From Takakia lepidozioides (Eukaryota; Plantae; Bryophyta), in NCBI GenBank assembly GCA_030704615.1, contig CM060734.1:42594001-42658000 (forward strand): a stretch of 64,000 nt of DNA. The letters run 5' to 3'. Position 1 is the stretch's first letter, and every line of letters begins with the position of its first letter. A program made the translations under genes and the position numbers. The notes below the pieces were generated by a model that saw nothing but the letters and a program-made list of their open reading frames with translations, had not been told where the DNA came from and ran no database searches. Below, one piece after another: positions 1 through 10,600 of this stretch.

Positions 1-3000
1 CAATCTTATCATTGCTGTTCTCCTTGAGAACACGGAGCTCACAGATGATCAAAAGAAGCAAATTCAAAAGGTACATCTAACTCAAATTAATTAAGTGTAC
101 TCAACATATGCATCAGAAGTAGGTAGACCAATGACGGTTGGGAGTTAGTGTCGGGTGCATAATCCAAGTGATCTAGGATTCAAAGTGTCCACAAAAGTAG
201 ACGTGAGGATGAAGAGACACCATAACTTACTCTTCCTTTAGGAGTCATCTTTCCTTCCTACTCGTACATTACTATCCAAGTAAGGTATTAATGTAAAATA
301 TTTCTTTAAATATTTTATATGATATTAAGTAATTTTTATATGGGATTAGAAATCAATTTCTACTATAAAATAATTATGTTCAACCTCAAAACAAATGTTA
401 CTTCGTTGTATTCGACAGCAAAAACAGCTCAAAATTTTACAAGTACATCCAAGAAGGACCAAGTCTAGAAGAGGAGATTGGCTGATTGGAGCAGTAGAAG
501 GGACCCAAGTTAGAGTCAAAAAATTATCTAACAAATTGAACGCCAATAAAGATGTGAAACGTATTAATATTCCTACAAGTCAAAAATCTCAAGAGGCTCA
601 TGAAGGACAAACTGATGGTATTCCCAGCACACGAGTCCCTCGTGCTAATGCTACTTTGTTTACAACTCCTTCAAGTGCCACCAACCTTGAAATTCCAGGT
701 ATTACAAAAGGAGAATGTATATGTATTTATATAGAAAAGGGAACACAACACATATTATGTGTCAAAAGGTATCCATGAGATTTTTATTTCTCATTTCAAA
801 AAAGCTTCTAGCTGGACCGCACGACCGTTCTTTCAATTTTTTTTAAAATACAAAATGCATTGTTGGTTTGTTCAAGCAAAACATGTACCTCTTGGCTCAG
901 GATTCCTATAAGTCTAATATTAGACTCTCAAAACTGCACTTCATTGAATGTCATGCCACTTACTCTCTATATAATATATATTCTCCAGATCTAAATAAGC
1001 CACAAGATATGGAGGACGATATTAAACAATCCAAACCAAGATCACCAGCTGGAAAAAAAGATACAACTAAATCAACATCATATTCAGCCCAATCTGTTCA
1101 AAGAAAACATCGGATCTCATTTATATTATCTGATTATGAAGGGATAGAAACAACATACAAGGAATCGCCATGGTACTTGTCTGATTCAAAATCCCTATTC
1201 ATATTTTCTTCAAATAGCACCTTGAGGAAGGTGCTTGCGATTATTGCTGAAAACATTTGGTATAATCGTTTTATGATGTGTTGTGTACTGGTTGCTATTG
1301 TTGCATCCATGAGAATTGATTCTATGGGTTATATCACCCCTGAGGGTTTGGCAAAATTTGACAAATTTCTTCTAGCGGTAAGTATTTTAATTTAACACTA
1401 GAACAAAACACATTGCATATTATATAATATTATAAAACTATAACTAATTAGTAATCAACTAATAAATTAAAAAAATGTCAAATGTACTTCAATTAGGACA
1501 AAGCGGTTGTGGCCTATTTATTTTGGCATCTTTGCTGACCATATCATGTGGGTATGGGGTTTAGCATATATGCCTCATGGCTCACATTATTCTTTACCCT
1601 TAGAAAAGACAGAGTCCCTGAATTGTGAGGTGTCGCTCCCAGTGGCAGGTTTCATTTTCAAATTAAAATAAAGGTTTCCTATAATATATTAGGTAATAAC
1701 ACATTATTAAAATTTATTATATATTCCAAAACTAAAAAAATGTTGGCATGTGTTTGTTAATATGCAGGTTTTCACATATGATGTTATATCAAAATGCATA
1801 GCATATGGGGCTATTTTTACACCTGAAGCATACCTTGGTGATCCATATAATATTATTGACGTTCTTAATCTTATATTTCATTTTATGAGCTTGAAAAATA
1901 GTCCGGAAAAATATGCTCACAATGCACACATTGTAAATGCAATGCGGACTACACGAGTCATACACCGCATTGCAGGTTTACGATTATTGGTTTCTACTGT
2001 CATCCGGACAATTCCTACAATAATTTCTATATTTTTTTTCAATCTCGTAATTTATTTCATATTTGCTGTCATTGGTGTGCAACACTTTCGAGATCGGTTT
2101 GCTTCATGTACAGATTTGACAGTCAGAAATCGTGCTCAGTGCGTTGGCAATTATCTTAATCAGAATGGGATTAATTCGCCCCGTGTTTGGAAAAATCCAC
2201 CTTTTCATTTTGATGATTTTGGTAATGCAATGTTATCATTATTTGTTTGTTCGACAACCGATAGTTGGCTCAATTATTTCCTTCACACTTCGATGGATAT
2301 CCCAAATAAACTCTATGACAATCCACGAGAAAATCACAGCACTGCTAATTCATTATATTTTATAGTATTCATAATAATTGGGACATGGCTAGTAGTGCGT
2401 ATGATGGTAGGTATGTTTATTGATCAATTTAGCATTATGTCGGGTTCTAAGCTCTTAACGGAGCGACAAAAGCTTTGGCGTGATTTGAATCGGATTATAC
2501 AACATATAACACCACGGCATGCGCCGCGAATACCCAAAGATTATGTTAGGTTGCAATGTCACAACATTGTACACTCGCGCACATTTAAGCTGTTCATAGT
2601 TTTTCTTATTATTCTCAACTATGCATATATCGCTTCTCAAAAGTTTGATTTAAAAATATCAAAGGTTTCACAAAGCATTGAATGTGCCTTTGTGGCCGCA
2701 TACTTGGTTGAGATTGGGTTAAAATTGTTGGGTATTCAGGTAAATATATATTGATACGGATTTATTTTCATAATATTATGCAATGAATGCATAATTTATT
2801 AATATATATAAGTAAATACTTAAATGACTGAGAGATGATCGTGGATTAAGTTATTTAGCAAATGTGTTGACATGGAAATGAGAAAATAATATATATCTTT
2901 AGTATTCTGTCAATCAACTCACTATATATATATAATGTATTATTTATTATTTTTTAGTTAAAAGGGGAGGTAGCCCTTATAAAACTTTATATATTTCAGA

Positions 3001-6000
3001 TAGTGAGAATGTACAGCCTCCTAGGATAATTATTTATTTGCAATCTGAATGAATGATCTAATCCAATGCAGTTTCTTGAGTTCATAAGCAATTGCTGGAA
3101 TATAGCTGAGCTCATTCTTGTAGTTTCATCAGCAGCATGTTTGTTTCCGAAGCCCTATTCGTCAACACAAGGAGTTGGACACATATTTATTCTTCTTAGA
3201 ATATTTCGTATCATTCGATATATTCCAGCATTGAGAACATTAGTGCAGACAATACTTATAAGTTTGCCATCATTAATATATGTCTTGATGTTCCTTGCTA
3301 TTTTCCTAGTGGAGGATGCTATGATATTTTTCCAAACATTTGCAGTTGGAAATGGACGATCTGGTTTACAATGTGTCAACCACGACGTACTCTTTGTTGA
3401 TTTTCCTACATCATTTGTGGTGATTTTTCAGGTATAAAAATTTCTATTGTTTATTCAAAAATAAATGATCATAATTGCATCCATAAGATATATTTTTAGC
3501 TCAAGATAAAATGAATAGATGATCACTCGCATTTAATCAACCATTTACATTTTCAATATTAGTTCTGTAAGTAGAGATCAACATTATAAAGTGTTTTAGT
3601 AATATTTAGATTGGCTGGAAAAAGATTTATAACACCACCGATACACTGGAGTCAAATATATCATGATGTGATTTAATTTGCAGATGACCACACTTGACAA
3701 CTGGTCATGTGTAATGACCGACCTTATGTTGTCACAACCCTATTGTATAGCTTCAAAGGGTTACACTGGATCATGTGGAAATTTTACTGCAGCTATAATT
3801 TATTTCATTGCCATTGTATATATTAATACACGTATCATTACAAATCTATTTATTGCCCAAATTATGGACACAATTACATTTGGATTATTGAATGAAAATG
3901 CGATAATCACACCCGATCATTTGATAAATTATCAAAAGCTTTGGTCTACAGAGAAATTCGATCCAAAGTAATTATGATCTTTAGCCAAACCAATTTTGCT
4001 AATAACTAAGAAAGATGACATTGAACTGTGTAGTTGTTGCTAACTTATATGCATTTATATTTGATGATTCTATAGCTAATATGGAGCTACTTTATTATTT
4101 TTAATTATCCCTATGATAAATTTAAGACAATATCAACAATAGCTTTTTTGTATCCTCCCTTTCCTTGGATACAATTCAAATAATTCTACAGCCAAATTTC
4201 ACTTTGTGAAAACCATTAGATGGCTAACTTTCAAACATCACATATGTATGAGGCAGGCCTGTGCATTGGCATGTGTGTCTTGAGTTCAAACTAGCGTTGG
4301 GAGGTTTTTTGATTCAGCTACAAATTCGCCCCGGAGGTTATTGAAAAAGTTATATGGATATATAACTGCGGTTCTTAAAAAAGACAAAGAACCGACAAAG
4401 GCTCATAACCGCAGCTTATGTAGTTTTGAAACCAGCCTGAAAACCGTCAAAGAACTGCCAAAGACCCACCGGTTATTTGATCAAACCGCCGGTTCTTTGA
4501 GGTTCTTACAATTAACCGGAACTGGCGGTTCTTTCCATGAAAAAAATCTGAAAAAATTGGAACCAGAGGTTCTTTGATTTTAAGATTTTGTAAAAACCAG
4601 AACCGGAGTGAAAGAAAATAGTTTCCGCCCAACACTGGTACAAACCACTGTGAAGCTGCCTTAGGGCTCTATCCCCTGTGCGACTCTATGCTCAGAAAGG
4701 GGAGTAATTTTCCGCCTTCCTTGGGATAAAAATAAATGATTTTTTTGAAACTTTGTAAATAAGCGGCGATTGTTTTCACAATGATAATCATCATATAGAA
4801 GCTAAGTGTGTGGATTGCCAGCCTGATGTTTGCAGATGTACAGGATACATAGGATTACACAAATTGCATGATTTTGTAGATGCTTTGGGTGCGCCTTTGG
4901 GTCAACGTAAAAATGCCCCAACCGCGTGGTAAGATTATCATACTTTTACTAAGTACCTTAGCTCAATATTAATATCATCAAACTTACCATGATGCAATTA
5001 GTAAAAGTGTTTTCTGTTTTTTGTTTTTGGAAAGGGGGGTTTTTTGCCTCTTTCAAAAAAAAAAAAAGTTGCTGGGCAGCCTGTGTTTCCTTGGAAAAAA
5101 AAAGAAAAAGAAAAAGTTAAATAGAAAACCCAACACAAGTTGGATGATGGGTTTTGCATGCATGCACAGGTACACAGGTCTGCAGTACCAAGTTCTCAAC
5201 TTTCATATCCCAGGCAAGGGGATTCCTTTTCGAAGATTGCTCGAGGCACTTGTTTTGCATAGAATTGGATCCCAGGTACACTGGGAAAACGTGATCAGAT
5301 CCCATCAAGAAGCTTGGGTGATGAGTTGTGTTGAGCTGTTGTCTGTGATTTGGCTGGTATCGTGTGGTGATCTAGTGTTGGAGCAGCTGCAGTTTGAGTA
5401 CGCAGTTACAATATCTTGGAGGTGTGTGACCCCGCATGGTGTTGTGTTGCAGGGACTTGAGCTGGGCCTTCGAATAGAAAGGGAGAAAGAGATGAAAGAC
5501 ATTTGTAGGACTGCTGCTGCAATCAAAATTCAAGCTGCTATGAGACGATTTCTGAACAAGAAGAAAGTTATTTTTCAACGCTCCCAGCCCAAGCCCCAGC
5601 CCAAACCCCGGCCGAAACCCAAAGCTCCTGTGATTGTAGTTCCCGAGCCGCCGAAGAAAGTATGCTAGTCTTAACTTGGAATGACTTGTCATTAAGTATA
5701 ATGTGGCCGCATAATTCTTGCTGGATGTAGACAATGGCCCTGACAATGCGTATCGCTGAAAACTCGATACGTAAGACTGAACTAGCTAACTCAACTGTTC
5801 TCATGATCAGCCGAAGACTCAGTGGACTGCCGAAAGCCACAGAAGACCTCTCGAAAAATCAGCTGCATCGCCACCAGCAACGACCGACACAAAGAAATTG
5901 GTCCAAGAGAAGAAAGGAGAGGAACCACGGCCAGCATCAGCGACCGACACAAGATTAGTCGAAGAGAAGAAAAGAAGTGAACCACCACCATCAACGACCG

Positions 6001-6278
6001 ACATAACAGATACAAACAAGTCGGTCGAAGTGAAGACAGGACGTGAATCACCACCAACTACGATCGACACTGCCGATACAACCAAGCTGGTTGAAGAGGG
6101 GGAAGGACGGGAGCCACTACCATCGACGACCGATACTGCAGATACAACCAAGACGTTGGTCTTAGAGAAGACAGAACGTGAACCATCACCATCGACAACG
6201 GCCACAGAAGATACAACCAAGCCGGTCGACGAGAAGGAAGGACCCGAACCAGATGGCTCTCCAGCAGGAGAAAAATGA
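1..6278 (+). CDS. Four-domain voltage-gated-superfamily cation channel (NALCN/Cch1-like), 3' part from DII-S6 to the C-terminus; 5' end lies outside the window
   Basis: Frame-consistent GT-AG exons: 1-70, ~419-698, 989-1377, 1768-2739, 3072-3431, 3684-3967, 4836-4928, 5170-5275, 5453-5659, 5811-6278. Motifs: NLIIAVLLENTELTDDQKK (DII S6); KSLFIFSSNSTLRK; PRVWKNPPFHFDDFGNAMLSLFVCSTTDSW (DIII pore); LLTERQKLWRDL (III-IV linker); LRIFRIIRYIPALR (S4); MTTLDNW (DIV pore); IQAAMRRF (IQ motif). The last exon is the least certain. Confidence 0.9.
110..262 (+). mobile_element. Decayed SINE copy in a channel intron (same family as 61022-61205)
   Basis: GAAGAGACACCATAACTTACTCTTCCTTTAGGAGTCATC matches the reverse complement of 61028-61080; B-box-like GGATTCAAA upstream. 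Confidence 0.6.
4292..4637. mobile_element. Non-autonomous hAT-type element (MITE) in a channel intron
   Basis: Imperfect TIRs TAGCGTTGGGAGG and CCGCCCAACACTG; 8-bp TSD GTTCAAAC/GTACAAAC; internal AACCG/CGGTT motifs. Confidence 0.7.
5865..6240 (+). repeat. Coding tandem repeat of ~6 units (18-21 aa), consensus about PSTTDTADTTKLVEEKEGREP
   Basis: Recurring CGACCGA(C/T)AC...GTCGAAGAG units every 54-63 bp in ORF 5898-6278. Confidence 0.85.
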
Positions 6279-7671
6279 TCAGGAAACCAGAAAACCTCTG
6301 ATCACGAGAGTCCCATGATACGTGTAGCGTAGAGGTCACTCCCTCCTGCTTTATGATTACTGATAGTATGGACCTAGCCGGTTTTTATCGCAGCAAATGA
6401 AGGTAAAGAAAATTCTTGATGGGCTAGTGGGGAGTAGAAATCAGGCCCAGAAGTAGAGCGGCTGACTCTTCTCTCGCTGACATCAGGAAACGGGGAGAGC
6501 CCTCCGGCCGCTTTGGACTTTGGACATGGCTTGCCTTTTTGGATTTTGTATGCGAGGGAGGCTGAATGTTCTTTTGCGCGCTGGGTTTTCTTACAAGAAA
6601 GTGCATTGAACTGAGTAGCCATGTGAGTTCACAATGAAACCTTAAGGGGGCGAGTAGTGTCATGAAGCAAACGAGGGTGCCGATGATCAGCCCAGCAAAG
6701 TGATTCGTAGTAAGGATGTCGTCTAAAGAAGCGACATTGGAATCACATCTTTCAGTCTTTTCCTTTTGCCGAGGTCCAAGTTGACATTGACACCGCATCT
6801 GCATCCAAGAGAAAGAGAGAGGGCAGAAATTTTAGTCTCCGGTGTCAATGTCTTATGGTTGGCCACTTTGCTCGACAACTTGTAACAGTTGCTTCAGTCC
6901 TTGACTATTTGTGTGTAGGGCCTTGGCGCTTTTCGCAGCAAAAGCGGATGCAGTGTGCTTAAGTTATTTGAAACTTGACTGCCCTTCTGCAAGATCCCTT
7001 AATGCAATGGATACATTCTGTAAGACCATTCTAGTGTAGCCAGGTACTCGAGCCTTGGAATGTGGAACAACTATCCTCCCCAGTTTGAAGTGCTCAGCAA
7101 TTTTGGTATTTGAAAGTGTCACTTAGAAATGGTACTGGAGACAGTATCCATTGGGGTGTTCAAATGAGTGTAAAGAAAGAAGTGATAGACAACTAGACAG
7201 GAGTGTGATGTCTCCTTGGATGTAGGATATATAACATTGGTCCTCACATAGTCCTGGTATAACTAACGAGGATCTCTGTACAGTGGTAAGAATCTTAGCA
7301 TATCTCACCACCCATCTGGCAATAATCTTTCGCGTAGTGAGTGCATGTTAATTATAAATTCTGGTGCATTGTTGTGTTTGCCAACAGCCCAGACAGTGTC
7401 AACAGCGGCTGGGATGATTGGACAACTCAAGCAGACTCCTGCCAGCACATCTTTATGGAGTTCCCAGCTGGAGGCACTGGCCACAAATGGCCTGTCCAGT
7501 CTACGCCTCTCCAGTCTAGCCTATGCTGCAAAAAGGACACACAGTAACTTGCATCACTTGAATCCTTCATACTAATCTGCTTGGGTCTATCTTGGCCGAC
7601 TCGATTAGGGGCTACAACAAATCACTGATGAGAGAAGTCACCCAGTTTTTAGTTATGCTTGCTGAACAAAT

Positions 7672-10600
7672 TTAAGAGCCAAGCCAAAGGTCATAGATCT
7701 GGCCTATATTTTCTTGGCTGACTCGCTTCAACCCTTCAAAATGCCGCTTGCTGCCTAAAAACTCAGCACGCCTGACTGGGACGTACCCGAGTTCTTCAGC
7801 CTCCTTAGAAGCATACATGCTTCGAAGCCGGTCTGCATGCTTGGAGTCTGTGTTAAGGGCTACCTCGATCTCTTCAGTAGGTAAGTACTCCTGCAAGTCA
7901 CACTTCGTGGTTTTGTCAATACCACTCTAATTCTAATGTGGCCCTGCAGTGGGGACTCAAAGCCCCACATATTCAACCCATCCTGGATGAGTGATAATCT
8001 CAATACGAACTCGTAGCCAGCAGTTCTGTTTGAAAATTATGCTTCACTATGGCCAGCTGCTTAAACACATGCGATATCTAGTCATCGACTGTTCTACCAC
8101 CAGTTTCCTAATGACCAGGTTTTTGAGACTGAGCTTAAATCTGTCACAGCACTTCCATATGGCTGACAAACATCTGGCTACAGAGAATGGAGTGTTGATC
8201 AAAGGCAGATATTGACATCATGTGACAGAGGGTGATGTTCATTCCAGCATTGGTACATGGCCAACTTTACGCACATTGTGGCTGTGATGGCACTGCCAGT
8301 CAAAACTGAGTGTGAAAAGGGTCAAGGGAAAGGGAGAAGAAGAAATCTATCACATGATGCAACATGGAGATGTAATCATCCCCTTAGTCACAAACTCACC
8401 TACTCTCTGGTCCAATTAAACAAGAACTTGTACCTGATAGAACGAGTAGATGTGGCCAATAATTTGCTCACTTGTGAACCCTTCTTCACTGAAAAAGGTT
8501 CGAGAAGATGGACCCATCTCTGAAAACCGGTCGATGGGAAATAAGATAGTCAAAAAGGTGCCTCTGAAAATGATCTCCTGTTTCTCACTGCAGACATTCA
8601 GCAACTGTCAGATGATACACTTGAAAAGTGAAAACATCATGTGTCCAAAGTGTCACTTTTTTGCCTGTAAGCAAGACTCGGGCTTTTGTGGCATCCACCT
8701 TTCCTCGAGCAAACTCAGTGTCACAGGTCCCTCTGTGAGGAAACTATGAATTTGTTTTCTTGTATTTGCAAACCACAAAAATCACCAATAGACGGGGACT
8801 TGTATGTCCAACATAAACTAGAAAGCAACAATACCATTATCCCAGCATCCAACAGTCCACCTTCAAAACAGAAGGCAGCAGCCCTTCAGGGTGAACTGAC
8901 ACCATAAGTTACGCTTGCTTTGGCAAGAGTCTTCCTACCCTCATCCCATGTTTTGATCTAGGCATAAAAGTCTGTCCAAATGATTCTCTCCTCCATCTTC
9001 TTAACAAAGATTGCAATACACCAAAGCCCTGGAACAGAAGTTGTTCCAACTCAGGCAATGAGCACCCAGCCTGACCTAGACCACTAAGCAGCATTGTGAT
9101 GAAGTATAAACTGGTAAGACAGCAGATGGGGCATATAGCTAGTACCTTTCTGTCATTGGCCTTGTGCATATCTCCCTCACAGACACCTCACTTTCGACAC
9201 CCCTACCATTGTTCCGAGAACAGACTATGCCTTGCTCACACGCTTCCATCTCTGGACCATTTTCAAGCATTGCCTCCTCTAAGGCATCGGTGTAGACCTG
9301 GGCAGCTAATGGCACGTCTGTAACCGACCAACATACTGTGTCCAAGAGGCTGACAGGTGTGATTGGACGAGGTAGCGTTCGGCAAGGCTGCAAGGATTTA
9401 GGCAGATGAACATTTATCAATCCAATTAGGACTAACTAGCATATAGCAAGAGGGAAAGGAGACAGAATAGATAAAATTACTCATGATGGAAACCTTCTGA
9501 AAATTAGAACTGTAAACAATCTAGCAACACTTTCAAACTGTACCTGCATACGGATGCCTCGCCTTCTTCGAACACCAGCCTTAGCAGCACTGGTCCTCGC
9601 CTGACGGTCCTGCAGTTGAGCCTCCCCTGTTCTCTCATTGCCAGGCTTGCAAAGCACCAGCAAACCATTCTGGTTACTAGCATTCTGGCCCACAACCAAC
9701 CACAACTTTGCTTCATTTGAACACCTAGTCTGCTATAGAAAAAGGACACAAATCATGTGGAATATGAAAGAGTCTGCTGCCTGGGGCTCTGTCTCTGCCT
9801 CTCTCAGGGAAGGAAATCAGTAGATATCCACAATTTGACTACCAGAAAATCCACAGCCACGTGTCAAATCTTTGTCAGGAGAGGTGTATTAGCATACTGA
9901 AAACAATATCATACTTTTCAGTATGGTGCAAATCCCAGACTTCAACTGGACACTAATCAACTATGCACAAATGTCTCTGCCTGGGTGTATGAATATGACA
10001 ATGCTTACCTAGTTTCAGATCCTGGTAGGTGAAAATGCTCAAGTGACTTCCAGAAGCATGCTATCTCATGGCAACTGTACCCTTGAGGTATGTAACAGTA
10101 CATCTCTCTCGCCTTCTCTTTACATCCCCTCTACTCCTAACTAACCGGAAAAAGGTAAAAGAAATGAGAATAACTCTAGAAAGAGTGAAATACCCCTGAG
10201 CAGCAATACACTAAACAAACATGGAGTCCTATTAATGTTCTTCAGAGTTCCCATGGCTATTCCATGTCTACAAATTGAGCACAGGGAAATAGTGGGTTCG
10301 GGAAGGAATTTAACACATACTGGGAAAGGGCGACTGCTGTTCCTCCCAGTGATCAAGAGATCTGCAAGGTTTCTTGCAAGATCTGCGGAATATTGCACAC
10401 TTCGTAATGGATGACCTTCCCGTGCAGACATTACCCACATTGGCTGCATGAGCCCACCTCATGCATGAGAAGCAATGTCGATCATAAACATGTAACCACT
10501 ACATGAATGTATGCATGTGACACAATCTATGGCTAAAATGAGGACACTTGACTGCCAACCTTAAGCCATCCCTTCCCATCATCTCTTCGAATGGCTGTGC

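Noticed and set aside
5021-5668. 215-aa ORF as an independent gene
   Set aside because: It is read-through of two channel exons plus intron sequence; the poly-K comes from intronic A-runs.
5865-6240. Repeat-spacer-like periodicity (CRISPR-like)
   Set aside because: Units are degenerate along their whole length, in frame and protein-coding, in a eukaryotic context.
6374-7600. Short ORFs between the convergent channel and BRCT genes
   Set aside because: No recognisable motifs; more likely 3' UTR or UTR-intron sequence.
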